In this document: piece by piece, positions 10,053-19,672 of the stretch
Layout of the letters: each line of letters begins with the position of its first letter
Position numbering within the stretch: position 1 is the stretch's first letter
DNA from: a bacterium
GTDB taxonomy: Bacteria > Zhuqueibacterota > Zhuqueibacteria > Zhuqueibacterales > Zhuqueibacteraceae
Length of the DNA stretch: 64,000 nucleotides
Reading direction: 5' to 3'
Assembly: GCA_044869275.1 (NCBI GenBank)
Contig: JBIOXB010000034.1
Coordinates: forward strand, 1 to 64,000
Notes under the pieces: model-generated
Told to the model about the DNA's origin: nothing
The model's input: only the letters and a program-made list of their open reading frames with translations
Database searches by the model: none
Translations under genes and position numbers: made by a program

Positions 10053-11432
10053 CTACTTCAACTCTTCCAGTGCCTGATCTATAGTCTCCACTATAAAATC
10101 CGCATCCCCGAGCTTGATGCACATCGGCGGCTTGATGCGCAAAACATTGCCGTACAATCCGCCTTTGCCGATGAGCAGGCCGCGATTTTTCGTGCGTTCC
10201 ATGATTTCAGCGGTTTCTGCGGAAGCCGGTTCCTTGGTTTTGCGATCTTTCACCAATTCCACGCCCAGCATCAATCCCAGGCCGCGCACTTCGCCAATCA
10301 GGGCATGCTTGTCCCTCAAGCCGCTCAGTTTTTCCTTGAGATAGGTCCCCGTCTTGAGCGCATTGGCCTGCGTGCCTTCATTGTCGATGACTTCGAGCGT
10401 CGCCAAGCCTTGCGCCATCGAGACCGGGTTGCCGCCGAAGGTATTGAACCAGATTTTGCCGTTCATCGCATTGGCAATCTCGCGCGTGGTGGTGAGCGCG
10501 CTCAGCGGCACGCCATTGCCGATGCCTTTCGCCATGCTGATCGCGTCGGGGGTCACGCCCCAATTCTGAATGCCCCAATAGTGTTTGCCCGTGCGGCCGA
10601 AACCGGTTTGCACTTCGTCGGCAATGAACAAGCCGCCGTGTTTTTTGACGATCTCGTGAACGATCTTGAAATATTCCGGCGGCGGCACGACGGTTCCGCC
10701 CACGCCTTGAATGGGTTCGCCTAAAAACGCGGCGATTTTTCCGCTGGTGCTGTATTTGATCGTATTTTCCACATCGCGCGCGCATTGCACCTCACAGGAG
10801 GGGTACGTGAGATTGAAGGGGCAGCGGTAACAATACCCCGGTGAGACGTGAAAAACATTGCCGGTCGTGGGCACGGGATATTTCCACGTACTGTGACCCA
10901 CCACGCTCATGGTCGCCAGGCTGGCGCCGTGATAACCGTTGCGTAAGGTGAGGACGTCGAGGTTGCCTGTGAACAAGCGCGCCAAGGTTAGGGCAAGATC
11001 GTTGGTTTCGCTGCCGGAATTGGTGAAGAACGTCACTTTTAAATCCGGGCGGGGCATTTTTTCTGCCAGCTTTTTCGCCAGCAGCGGCATGGCCGGATGC
11101 AAATAAATTGTAGTGGCGTGCTGCAGCTTGTCGATCTGCGCTTTGGTGCGGGCGATCACGTGCGGGTGGCAGTGCCCCACGCTGATGGTCACGATGCCGC
11201 CCAAGGCGTCGAGATACTGCCGGCCCTTTTCGTCATAGAGATACTGCATCTCTCCGCGCACCAGATTGAGGGGTTCGCGATAATACTTGAAAACGGCAGT
11301 GGGCAAGTATTCCTGGCGCAGCGCCAGCACTTCGTCGCGCGTCAGTTCTTCTTTATCAAGACGATTTTGACCATCTGCAGAGGATTTTTGCGGACTGCTT
11401 TCCAACAGGGCGGTGTTCGGAGTGGTAGACAT
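10053..11432 (-). CDS. Class III PLP aminotransferase (AGXT2-like)
   Basis: FTNSGSETND, EPIQGVGG, IADEVQTGFGRTG, MAKGIGNG; likely start ATG 11432 after GGAG. Confidence 0.92.
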   Translation of the reverse strand: MSTTPNTALLESSPQKSSADGQNRLDKEELTRDEVLALRQEYLPTAVFKYYREPLNLVRGEMQYLYDEKGRQYLDALGGIVTISVGHCHPHVIARTKAQIDKLQHATTIYLHPAMPLLAKKLAEKMPRPDLKVTFFTNSGSETNDLALTLARLFTGNLDVLTLRNGYHGASLATMSVVGHSTWKYPVPTTGNVFHVSPGYCYRCPFNLTYPSCEVQCARDVENTIKYSTSGKIAAFLGEPIQGVGGTVVPPPEYFKIVHEIVKKHGGLFIADEVQTGFGRTGKHYWGIQNWGVTPDAISMAKGIGNGVPLSALTTTREIANAMNGKIWFNTFGGNPVSMAQGLATLEVIDNEGTQANALKTGTYLKEKLSGLRDKHALIGEVRGLGLMLGVELVKDRKTKEPASAETAEIMERTKNRGLLIGKGGLYGNVLRIKPPMCIKLGDADFIVETIDQALEELK

Positions 11433-11664
11433 GATCATCTCCGGGTAAAAGTCTGCATCGGCCGTGTGCCGCGCACAGTTAAAAAACCCTTCATGCAATA
11501 TAGCACGTCCGGCTTCTAAAAGCAAATGCGGGATGAGCGTGTTGCCGGTATGAAGATCATGCCGGAGGGCGGCGTGTGAGCAGCGCGAATAAATTCTCAA
11601 ACTGCTGATTGATTGTGCAGTGCGGAGAGTTTTGGAATTCTTTCAAAATTGTAACAAAAATATC

Positions 11665-11692
11665 TTGACAAAGGCGCCGGTTTTTTTAGCTT
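11665..11692 (+). promoter_or_regulatory. Sigma70-type promoter
   Basis: TTGACA-16 bp-TAGCTT. Confidence 0.55.
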
Positions 11693-11698
11693 GTACCC

Positions 11699-11851
11699 AT
11701 GAAAGCGAATTCGAACATGCACGAACGTTCAGGCCGCGCGAGCCATAAGTTCATTTTCACCATGAAGATGACGCGTGCATGTTGTGCGCTTTGCCACTTC
11801 TTTTATCATACCCCGATAATACTTTCGACCAGCGTTCCAGCAAAAAACTGA
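11699..11851 (+). CDS. Putative 50-aa leader peptide
   Basis: MKANSNMHERSGRASHKFIFTMKMTRACCALCHFFYHTPIILSTSVPAKN; ATG lies at the predicted TSS and the stop is 10 nt before a terminator. Confidence 0.35.
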   Translation: MKANSNMHERSGRASHKFIFTMKMTRACCALCHFFYHTPIILSTSVPAKN

Positions 11852-11860
11852 TCGGGTTTC

Positions 11861-11915
11861 TAAAACGAACTCAGGCGAGTTTTTTCAGCTCGTTTGAGTT
11901 CGTTTTATTTTTTAT
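11861..11915 (+). terminator. Intrinsic terminator / attenuator upstream of oxidoreductase
   Basis: 19-bp stem TAAAACGAACTCAGGCGAG / CTCGTTTGAGTTCGTTTTA (two G-U pairs) followed by TTTTTT. Confidence 0.75.
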
Positions 11916-11987
11916 TCTATCAAGCAGGCGGCTCTCATGACCGCAAGCGGCAAGAGTTGGCATTACTTCTAACTGTGAAACTCAACC

Positions 11988-12935
11988 ATGACCCAAACGC
12001 CAACACTTCAAATCGGATTTATCGGCTCCGGCCACATTGCGCGCGTGCATGCGAAAGCGTTGCTGGCGATCGGTGGCGCGGAAATCCTTGCCTGGTCGGC
12101 ACAGCACCGTGAGCGGGCCGCTGCCGCCGCGCAGGAGTTCGGTGGCGAAGCGATGGCAGACAGCGCCGTGCTGGCCCATAAAGACATCGAGATTGTGATC
12201 GTCTCCACGCCGACCCCGCTGCATGCTGCGCAGGCGATCGCGGCGATGGCGGAGGGGAAGCATGTTTTCTGCGAAAAACCCTTCGCGCGCACCGCCACGC
12301 AAGCCGATGAGATGATTGCCGCGGCGGAGCGCTGGCAACGGAAATTGTTCGTCGGCCATACGCTGCGGTTTTTTCCCATTTATCAACAAGCTCGCCAATT
12401 GCTTCTCTCCGGCGCCATCGGCTATGTGCGCCGCGCACGCTGCCGGCGCCTGAACCTCTCGCCCGCCGGCCGCAGCCCCTGGTTCTGCGATTTCGCACAA
12501 AGCGGCGGTTGCATCCTCGATTTGATGATTCATGATTTCGATTTTTTGAATTGGTGCTTCGGCGTGCCGACGCGCGTGGAGGTCGAAACCAAGCCGGACC
12601 AGGACCCGGCCGGCTGGCGGCACGCGATCGTGCATCTTTATTTTAAGAACGGTGTGCGCGCGGAAACCGAAGGCAGTTGGAAGCACGATCGTTTCGAGCA
12701 ATCGCTGCAATTGGAGGGCGACCGCGGCACCTTGAGCGCTGATTTTTCCGGCAATGTGCTGCGCCTCGAGGACAAACACGGCACGCAGGTGCTCGAAATC
12801 CCGGCCCGCGATCCTTATCACGAACAGATGAAACACTTCCTGCAATGGGTACGCGGCGAGGCGAGCTTGCTGGTGACACCGCAAGATGCGCGTGCGGCTT
12901 TGGCAGTGGCTTTGGCGGGCTTGAAAAAACTTTAG
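11988..12935 (+). CDS. Gfo/Idh/MocA family oxidoreductase
   Basis: IGFIGSGHIA, GKHVFCEKP, GGCILDLMIHDFD. Confidence 0.93.
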   Translation: MTQTPTLQIGFIGSGHIARVHAKALLAIGGAEILAWSAQHRERAAAAAQEFGGEAMADSAVLAHKDIEIVIVSTPTPLHAAQAIAAMAEGKHVFCEKPFARTATQADEMIAAAERWQRKLFVGHTLRFFPIYQQARQLLLSGAIGYVRRARCRRLNLSPAGRSPWFCDFAQSGGCILDLMIHDFDFLNWCFGVPTRVEVETKPDQDPAGWRHAIVHLYFKNGVRAETEGSWKHDRFEQSLQLEGDRGTLSADFSGNVLRLEDKHGTQVLEIPARDPYHEQMKHFLQWVRGEASLLVTPQDARAALAVALAGLKKL

Positions 12936-13024
12936 GTCGACTAATCGGCGCCATGAAGTTGTGATCGCGCCTTTTCTGAAGCTGACGCAACATTATCGCA
13001 CCACCCAGGCGGAGAATAACGCTT

Positions 13025-14269
13025 ATGCCCCATCTCGCTTTCTTGGGCGGGCAGCCGGTGCGCGCCAAATCTTTTCCGGCGTGGCCGATATTGCGACCCG
13101 AACAGTTGTCCGCTCTGCAAGCCGCGTGGGAGAGCGGGATATGGGGCATTCGCAGCCCGCACGTGGCAGAGTTCGAAAAGCGGTTTGCCGTTTTTCAGCA
13201 GGCGAAATTCGGTTTGGCGGTATGCAACGCGACCGAAGGCTTGTGGGTGGCGCTGAAAGCGTGCGGGGTACAAGCGGGCGACGAGGTGATCATCCCGCCG
13301 TACACGTTTATCGCGACGGCCACAGCGATACTGCGTGCCAATGCGGTCCCGGTTTTCGTCGATATCGATCCGGAGACGTATAATCTGGATCCGCAACAAA
13401 TCGCAGCGGCCATTACGCCGCGCACCAAGGTGCTCATGCCCGTGCACATTGCCGGCCAGCCCGCCGATTTGGATGCCGTGCTGGCAATCGCGCGGGAAAA
13501 GCAGGTGAAGGTGATCGAAGACGCCGCGCAAGCGCATGGGGCCGAGTGGCGCGGCCGCCGCGTCGGCGCCCTCGGTGATCTCGGGGTGTTCTCCTTTCAG
13601 TCTTCCAAGAACCTGAGCGCGGGTGAAGGAGGCGCCGTGGTTTCGGATTCCGAAGAGGCGATGGCAAGAGCGTTCTCGTATCACAACTGCGGCCGGCTGC
13701 CGCAAGGCGGATGGTACGAGCATCGTGTGCTGGGCTCGAATCTGCGCATGACCGCATGGTCTGCCGCGATGTTGTTGGCGCAATTCGCCACCATCGAGCA
13801 TGATATGCAACTGCGCGACCGCAACGCGGATTATCTCGATCGGCGCTTGCTGGAGATTCCTGGCATTCGTCCGCTGGTGGTGCATCCCAAAGTCACGCGG
13901 CACGCCCGGCATTTATACATTTTCCGCTATGAGGCCGAAGCTTTTGAAAATGTGCCGCGTGAAAAATTCCTTTTGGCATTGCAAGCCGAGGGCATTCCCG
14001 CCTACAAAGGCTACTCGCCGCTGTATCGCGAAAATCTTTTTGCATTCGATCCACGCGAATATCCGTGGCTCGCCGGCCGCGATTATCGCACTTTGAACCT
14101 GCCGGTCTGCGAAAAAGCCTGCGATGAAGAAGCGGTCTGGCTGGCGCAAAATGTTTTGCTGGGCACGGAAAGCGACATGGAAGACATCGTGCGCGCCATC
14201 GCTAAAGTGCAGCAGAATATTGGCGAGATCGCTACGGCGGGAGAGCACTCCGTCGCACAGCGCGAGTGA
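13025..14269 (+). CDS. DegT/DnrJ/EryC1/StrS aminotransferase
   Basis: IEDAAQAHGA, FSFQSSKNLSAGEGG, GSNLRMT. Confidence 0.93.
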   Translation: MPHLAFLGGQPVRAKSFPAWPILRPEQLSALQAAWESGIWGIRSPHVAEFEKRFAVFQQAKFGLAVCNATEGLWVALKACGVQAGDEVIIPPYTFIATATAILRANAVPVFVDIDPETYNLDPQQIAAAITPRTKVLMPVHIAGQPADLDAVLAIAREKQVKVIEDAAQAHGAEWRGRRVGALGDLGVFSFQSSKNLSAGEGGAVVSDSEEAMARAFSYHNCGRLPQGGWYEHRVLGSNLRMTAWSAAMLLAQFATIEHDMQLRDRNADYLDRRLLEIPGIRPLVVHPKVTRHARHLYIFRYEAEAFENVPREKFLLALQAEGIPAYKGYSPLYRENLFAFDPREYPWLAGRDYRTLNLPVCEKACDEEAVWLAQNVLLGTESDMEDIVRAIAKVQQNIGEIATAGEHSVAQRE

Positions 14270-14450
14270 AGGATATGCCGCCGTAGGGATCTCAGAAACA
14301 TCAGCAGGGTTCCGAGCAGCCGCGGAACCCTGGCCCGGCCTTTGTAGCTGTTCGCGCGCTCGGGCACGAACCGCCAATTATTTCTTCCGATCTCCGCCGG
14401 TAGCATCTCATTCCCTTTTCATCAAGCAAAGCGCGAGGCGAAGCCCGGCA

Positions 14451-14484
14451 GCTATTGCAGCCGGCTGCAATAGCCATTTTTTTT
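14451..14484 (+). terminator. Intrinsic terminator
   Basis: Perfect palindrome GCTATTGCAGCCGGCTGCAATAGC followed by a T8 tract. Confidence 0.7.
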
Positions 14485-14548
14485 CAAAAATGATAAGTCA
14501 AATGCGAGATCAGCACCGGTTTTCTCATCCTTACTTTACGAGGTAGGC

Positions 14549-15373
14549 ATGAAGCCATCGACATCTTGGACATTCATCTTGCCGCTCGTGGCATTTGTAT
14601 TGCCGCCCCAACAAGATCCTGCTCCGCCACAGACACGCTGTTACCGTCCGGGCGAAATCGTCGCACCGGAGATTTACGTTTACGACGGCGACGGCCGCCA
14701 GCGGCGCTTGCTCGATTTGGCGGCGCCGGAGACCAAAGTCCTCTACCTGCTTTTATTCGGCGGCCCGACGTTCAATCCCGAGCGCAGCCAAGGCGGCTTA
14801 TGGTGCGAAGACACTTTCAACGATATGCCGATTTCGAACTACCTTTATCTCAGATATCGCGACCGTGGCGTCACCTTCGTGCCGGTGGCCTGCCCGCCGA
14901 TTTACCATGCCAAGGTTTTTGGCTATGCCGGCAACCCTTTGCTCTCGCTGCCGGAAGGCGCGCCGGAATGGCATGAAGCGCGCGCAGCTTTTGTGCAAGC
15001 CGCACGCGCTTTGCAGGACAATCACGTCATCCCCTTCGAAAAGCTCTATTTCGAACCCAACTTCCGTTTGTTGTTCAATTTTGAAAAGCTTGCAGATTTG
15101 CCGCCGCTGCCGGACCCCATGCCGGATTGGATGGGAAAATTCAAGCCCTGCGGTGATCGGCAATGTTACTCCACACCAACGATTTGGCTGCTGTCGCGCA
15201 CCGGCGAGGTTTTGCACGAGCCCTTCGCCGGCAATCGCTACGCGCAAGCGGAGCAGCGTTTGCGCTACACGGTACGTGACCTCGAGCAGGTGTTGGCAAA
15301 ATTTTTGGAAGATTCTCCGTTGCCGATTACGGCTGCGGGCAATGCCCCCGCGCGCGTGAACGACCATGAATAG
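14549..15373 (+). CDS. Exported hypothetical protein, possible divergent thioredoxin-like fold
   Basis: RBS GAGG, hydrophobic N-terminus, WCEDT and TPTIWLLSRTGEVL segments. Confidence 0.75.
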   Translation: MKPSTSWTFILPLVAFVLPPQQDPAPPQTRCYRPGEIVAPEIYVYDGDGRQRRLLDLAAPETKVLYLLLFGGPTFNPERSQGGLWCEDTFNDMPISNYLYLRYRDRGVTFVPVACPPIYHAKVFGYAGNPLLSLPEGAPEWHEARAAFVQAARALQDNHVIPFEKLYFEPNFRLLFNFEKLADLPPLPDPMPDWMGKFKPCGDRQCYSTPTIWLLSRTGEVLHEPFAGNRYAQAEQRLRYTVRDLEQVLAKFLEDSPLPITAAGNAPARVNDHE

Positions 15374-15375
15374 TT

Positions 15376-15760
15376 CCGGCGCAGCAAGCGAATGGCCCGG
15401 TATTAGAAGTCGGATGCGGCACGGGCCGCATCTTGCTTCCCCTCGCGCGCGCCGGCGTGGAAATCACCGGCCTCGACGTTTCGCGCACAATGCTGGAGCG
15501 ATGCCGCAAGCGCCTGCTGCAAGAGTCTCCGGAAGTGCAAAAGCGCGCGTGCTGGAAGGCGACATGCGCCAATTTGAATTGCAGCGCCGGTTTCGTTTGG
15601 CGATGTTGCCCTTCCGCTCTTTTCAGCACCTGATGAATTAGAGCATTTGCTTGTGCGCTGCGGTTTCGAAGTCGAGGCGGTATACGGCGACTATGACCAA
15701 TCTCCATTTGGCGCAAAGTATCCTTGTGAAATTCTCCTGGTGGCCAGCAAGTCGGGATGA
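15376..15760 (+). pseudogene. Class I SAM methyltransferase, fragmented
   Basis: GPVLEVGCGTGRILLPLARAG...GLDVSRTML, frameshift to LEGDMRQF...PFRSFQHL, then a jump to ELEHLLVRCGFEVEAVYGDY...; no start codon. Confidence 0.8.
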
Positions 15761-15774
15761 AGGAATGGGGTGTA

Positions 15775-15906
15775 GGATTGTTGGATTATTGGATTGTTGG
15801 ATTGTTGGATTGTTGGATTGTTGGATTGTTGGATCGTGGCAATTCGAGCGCTTCAATAATCCAGCAATCCAGCAATCCAGCAATCCAGCAATCCAGCAAT
15901 CCAGCA
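15775..15906. repeat. Inverted octamer tandem arrays
   Basis: 7 x GGATTRTT, a short spacer, then AATAATCC plus 5 x AGCAATCC. Confidence 0.95.
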
Positions 15907-15958
15907 GTCGATTCCTCCTCCCGTTGGCGGCGCATTTTCTGGTTGGTAGTGGCGAAAC

Positions 15959-17089
15959 ATGTTCTTCGACGTCATTATCGCCGGCCTGGGCGCCATGGGC
16001 AGCGCGGCGGCTTATCATCTTGCCAGGCGCGGTGCGCGCGTGCTCGGTCTGGATCGCTTTCATCCACCCCACTCCTTTGGCTCGTCGCACGGCAGCAGCC
16101 GCATTATTCGGGAAGCTTATTTCGAGCATCCACTTTATGTTCCGCTGGTGCAGCGCGCTTATGAGCTGTGGCGGGAGCTGGAGCGGGAAACCGGTGAAAC
16201 ACTCTTGGTGGAAACCGGCGGCTTGATGATCGGCCCGCCGGAAGGGACGCTGGTGCCGGGCGCTTTGAGAAGCGCACGCACCCATCGCTTGCCGCACGAA
16301 TGGCTGGACTTTGGCGCGCTGCGCCGCCAGTATCCCGTCTTTTATCCCAAGGAATGGACGGTGGCGGTGCAGGAGCCGCGCGCCGGGGTATTGTTTCCCG
16401 AGCAATGCCTCGCCGCGCATTTGCGCCGGGCGGAAAACTACGGCGCGTGGCTTCATTTTAATGAAACCGTGTATTCGTGGCGGCAAGCAGGTGAAAACTG
16501 CGAGGTGCAAACCGATCGCGGCCTCTATCGCGCCCCCCGCTTGGTGTTCACTGCGGGTGCATGGCTGGCGGGTCTGCTGCCCGAGCTCAAGTTGCCTTTG
16601 CAGTGTGCACGGCAAACATTGTTTTGGTTTGATCCCCTCCCGCCGCGGGAAAGTTTTGCGCCACAACATTTTCCTATTTTCATTTTCGAGCATGAGCCGG
16701 GGCGATATTTCTACGGCTTTCCCGATTTCGGCGAGGGCGTGAAAGCCGCCATTCATCATGAAGGAGAAAACGCTGTGGCGGGGAGCGCGTTGCGCGAAGC
16801 GCAAACCGCGGAGGCGCAGGCCGTGCGCCTGCTGCTCGAAGAATATCTTCCCGCAGCCGCGGGGGCGCTGCGCCAGACCGCCACGTGCTTGTATACTAAC
16901 ACGCCGGATGGCCATTTTCTTATTGATTTTCATCCGGACTATTCACAAGTTTTGTTGGTGAGTCCATGCTCCGGTCATGGTTTTAAATTTTCGAGCGCCA
17001 TCGGTGAAACGATCGCGCAATTGTTGCTGGAAAACCGTGCGCGTTTTGATCTTTCTCCTTTCCGGTTGCAGCGGTTTGCGCAGCTGTAA
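15959..17089 (+). CDS. solA: N-methyl-L-tryptophan/sarcosine oxidase family
   Basis: GLGAMGS, GSSHGSSRIIR, CLYTNTPDGHFLID, SGHGFKF. Confidence 0.88.
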   Translation: MFFDVIIAGLGAMGSAAAYHLARRGARVLGLDRFHPPHSFGSSHGSSRIIREAYFEHPLYVPLVQRAYELWRELERETGETLLVETGGLMIGPPEGTLVPGALRSARTHRLPHEWLDFGALRRQYPVFYPKEWTVAVQEPRAGVLFPEQCLAAHLRRAENYGAWLHFNETVYSWRQAGENCEVQTDRGLYRAPRLVFTAGAWLAGLLPELKLPLQCARQTLFWFDPLPPRESFAPQHFPIFIFEHEPGRYFYGFPDFGEGVKAAIHHEGENAVAGSALREAQTAEAQAVRLLLEEYLPAAAGALRQTATCLYTNTPDGHFLIDFHPDYSQVLLVSPCSGHGFKFSSAIGETIAQLLLENRARFDLSPFRLQRFAQL

Positions 17090-17168
17090 AGACTTTTCCA
17101 GGGCATGCGCGAGAGTATGGCATCATGGATTGGAGCGCACGCTGAAAGCGGAATATCGCGGAGAAAAA

Positions 17169-17570
17169 ATGGCGAGTTATCTTCTGGCGACCGGCGCGGC
17201 TTGGCTGGCAGCGTCAGTGGTTGCCTTCATCGGGCATAAAATGATTCTGGAAGGCATTTATAAAACCATACCCGGCCCGCTGCTCGACGAGACAACCACG
17301 AAGCGCCGGGCGCCGCTTCATTTCCTGGCGCGTCTGGCTTTCGCATTTGTGCTGGTTTATCTCTTGCGTTTGCTCGCGCCGGTGCAAACCAGTTGGCAGA
17401 CCGGCTTGCTGCTGGGTGCGCTTGCCGGCTTGCTGGCTTATGTGCCTCTGGCCTTTGAGCAATTCGCGCGGCATTCTTATCCAGGCAAAATGATCATCAC
17501 CAGCGCCTTGATTGGAATCCTTCAATCCGCGGCAGCGGGCGTTGCAGCCGCGGTGATTTTTTCGCGGTAA
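17169..17570 (+). CDS. Four-TM membrane protein
   Basis: GGAG RBS, ATG 17169, four hydrophobic segments. Confidence 0.75.
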   Translation: MASYLLATGAAWLAASVVAFIGHKMILEGIYKTIPGPLLDETTTKRRAPLHFLARLAFAFVLVYLLRLLAPVQTSWQTGLLLGALAGLLAYVPLAFEQFARHSYPGKMIITSALIGILQSAAAGVAAAVIFSR

Positions 17571-17638
17571 GGTTATTGCAGGGTCTAAACTTCTGCGCAA
17601 AGCTTGTTTTTGCTTTGCGAGGAGGGTCAAGTTTTTCC

Positions 17639-17667
17639 TTGACAAAGCTTCAGGCCAATGGTATATT
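17639..17667 (+). promoter_or_regulatory. Sigma70 promoter with extended -10
   Basis: TTGACA-17 bp-TATATT with upstream TG. Confidence 0.65.
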
Positions 17668-17927
17668 AACGGTGATTTGCACGGATGTGATCTCGGAACA
17701 ATATTCTGGCACAAGGCGAGTCGCGACGAGGAGCGGCTGTTTAACGGCCGTGTTTTTCCAAAATGGATAGGAAATTTCCTCCCAGCCTTGGCCTGCACCT
17801 CCCTCCACAGCTCGTTGCGAGGGTAGCATCTCCGCAAAGCGGTTATCATTGATACGCACTTCAACGCGCGTGCAGAAGGCCATTCTTATGCGGCTTTGCG
17901 CTTACGCTTTCTGCTGAGTGGGTAGCT

Positions 17928-19634
17928 ATGCCAGCCAAGTTTGAAGAAAAAACTTTCTTGCCTAACCGTGCGGTTCTCTTCAATAACCACCCCACGGAGC
18001 GCGGGGAAAATCGCAGCGCTTTTGGTGATTTTACCGGAGCTGCGCCCAAAGCTGCCCCGGCAGGCCACGCCGTGCCGCGCGTGGAAGAAGGCATGGAGTT
18101 GCGCCAGCCGCGGCAACGCAATTCAGAAAATAGCGAATCCACCATTTTCCCCTATATTCCGCGCAAGCGCCAGGAGCGCATCGGCCTGCTCATCGATTAT
18201 CTTTATCTTCCTGCCAGCCAGGAAGCCGGTGATCAAGTCGATTTCCTGATTTTGGGCGAGAACCGCGTCGGCATCCTGCTTGCGGACGTCCGCGGCAAAA
18301 TTCCCGATGACAGCACGCCGGTCTTAAAAACCGTGCTGCGCTCCAACAGCACGGGTCTGTCCGCGGCCGCCACGCTGCGCTATCTTGAGAAATATCTGAT
18401 TGAATCGGGTGTGCAAGGGTTCAGCTTGACCGCCTTCTACGCGATTTTCGATCAGAACAAACGGCTGTTGCATTTTGCCAGCGCCGGACATTTGCCGATG
18501 ATGGTGTATCGTCCGGCTCTGGGAAAAACTTTCTTGCTGAACACGCCCGGCTCGCCCTTCGGCGAGACCTCTGGCGTATTCGAGAACGGGAACTACCGCA
18601 CGCCGGCACCGAAGCGCAAAATCGAAAGTGAAAAAGCCGCATTACAACAAAACGACTTGCTCGTGCTGTATAGTGACGGCCTGCTCTCGCTGCGCGGCGC
18701 GGCGGGCGAATACTTTGGCCGGCAACGCTTGGTGGAATTCATTGCGTGCCACGGCGAACTTGATCCCACGACTTTCTTGATCGAATTGCGGAAGCTGCTG
18801 GAGAAATTCACCGGCGGGAAGCATACGCATCAGGATGACATCACCGTCATCGTGCTCAAGAATGTGTTGCGAAACTTGGAGCAGCCGCACGCCGAAGCCG
18901 CCGGCAGCGACCTGTCTTCCAAGTTTCTGAACACGGAACAGGAGCACGCGATTCTCGAAGTGTTGCGCGCCGATCCGCAAGCAGACGTGGAAGAAATCGT
19001 CGCCGAGCTGCAGCAAAGCGAACCACGGGATTTGACGCCGGAGCAGGTGAAGGCGTACATTGAGCAAAACGGCCGCTGGTTGCAGCCCTGGCCCGCACGT
19101 GAAACCAAAGGCGGCGCGCGCGCCAACGGCCAGCCGCTGGTGATCGACCATCAAACCGTGGCCGAAGCGGCGACGCGCCAATTGCAGGAAGAATTGATCG
19201 CGGCATTTCCCATTCGCAATGTGCTGGCGAAACGCTACGATTTTGCCAGCAAGAATCCGGCAATGCAGAAGGCGCTGCAGTTCTACCGCAACGGCGATTA
19301 TGCTCCCGCACTGGCGGCATTTTCCGAATTGCGGCACAAGATCAAAAAGTCCGCCGCCGTGCATTGCTTTTTCGGCAATCTCTATTTGCTGTTGAACCAG
19401 CCAGTGCAAGCACAGCAAGAATTTTTTGCGGCATTGAATTACGACCAGACCAGCAGCCATGCCCTGGCGGCGCTGAGCTATCTCGCGTTGCGGGAAGGCG
19501 AATTTAATATGGCCATCGAATCGCTGGCCACGGCGTTGCGTTTGGGCGCGTGCGAGCCGGAATATCAAAACTTCCTGAGCAAGCTCATTCTCGCCGTGGA
19601 AAATCGCGAAGACCGCAACGACTGGTTGACGTGA
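17928..19634 (+). CDS. SpoIIE/PP2C phosphatase with C-terminal TPR
   Basis: ADVRGK, ASAGHLP, LYSDGL, DDITVIVLK; C-terminal TPR-like helices. Confidence 0.85.
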   Translation: MPAKFEEKTFLPNRAVLFNNHPTERGENRSAFGDFTGAAPKAAPAGHAVPRVEEGMELRQPRQRNSENSESTIFPYIPRKRQERIGLLIDYLYLPASQEAGDQVDFLILGENRVGILLADVRGKIPDDSTPVLKTVLRSNSTGLSAAATLRYLEKYLIESGVQGFSLTAFYAIFDQNKRLLHFASAGHLPMMVYRPALGKTFLLNTPGSPFGETSGVFENGNYRTPAPKRKIESEKAALQQNDLLVLYSDGLLSLRGAAGEYFGRQRLVEFIACHGELDPTTFLIELRKLLEKFTGGKHTHQDDITVIVLKNVLRNLEQPHAEAAGSDLSSKFLNTEQEHAILEVLRADPQADVEEIVAELQQSEPRDLTPEQVKAYIEQNGRWLQPWPARETKGGARANGQPLVIDHQTVAEAATRQLQEELIAAFPIRNVLAKRYDFASKNPAMQKALQFYRNGDYAPALAAFSELRHKIKKSAAVHCFFGNLYLLLNQPVQAQQEFFAALNYDQTSSHALAALSYLALREGEFNMAIESLATALRLGACEPEYQNFLSKLILAVENREDRNDWLT

Positions 19635-19672
19635 TTTTATTCCCCCCTCAAAAAAATCAACTTCCTCTCGCT

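Noticed and set aside
14270..14450. Riboswitch between the aminotransferase and the exported protein
   Set aside because: A hairpin (CAGGGTTCCG / CGGAACCCTG) is present but no known aptamer consensus was recognised.
15775..15906. Possible CRISPR array
   Set aside because: 8-bp units with no spacers, and no cas genes in the window.
15638..16933. ORFs with LLDCWIAG / TIQQSNNP repeats
   Set aside because: They are translations of the octamer DNA repeat and antisense to solA, not real proteins.
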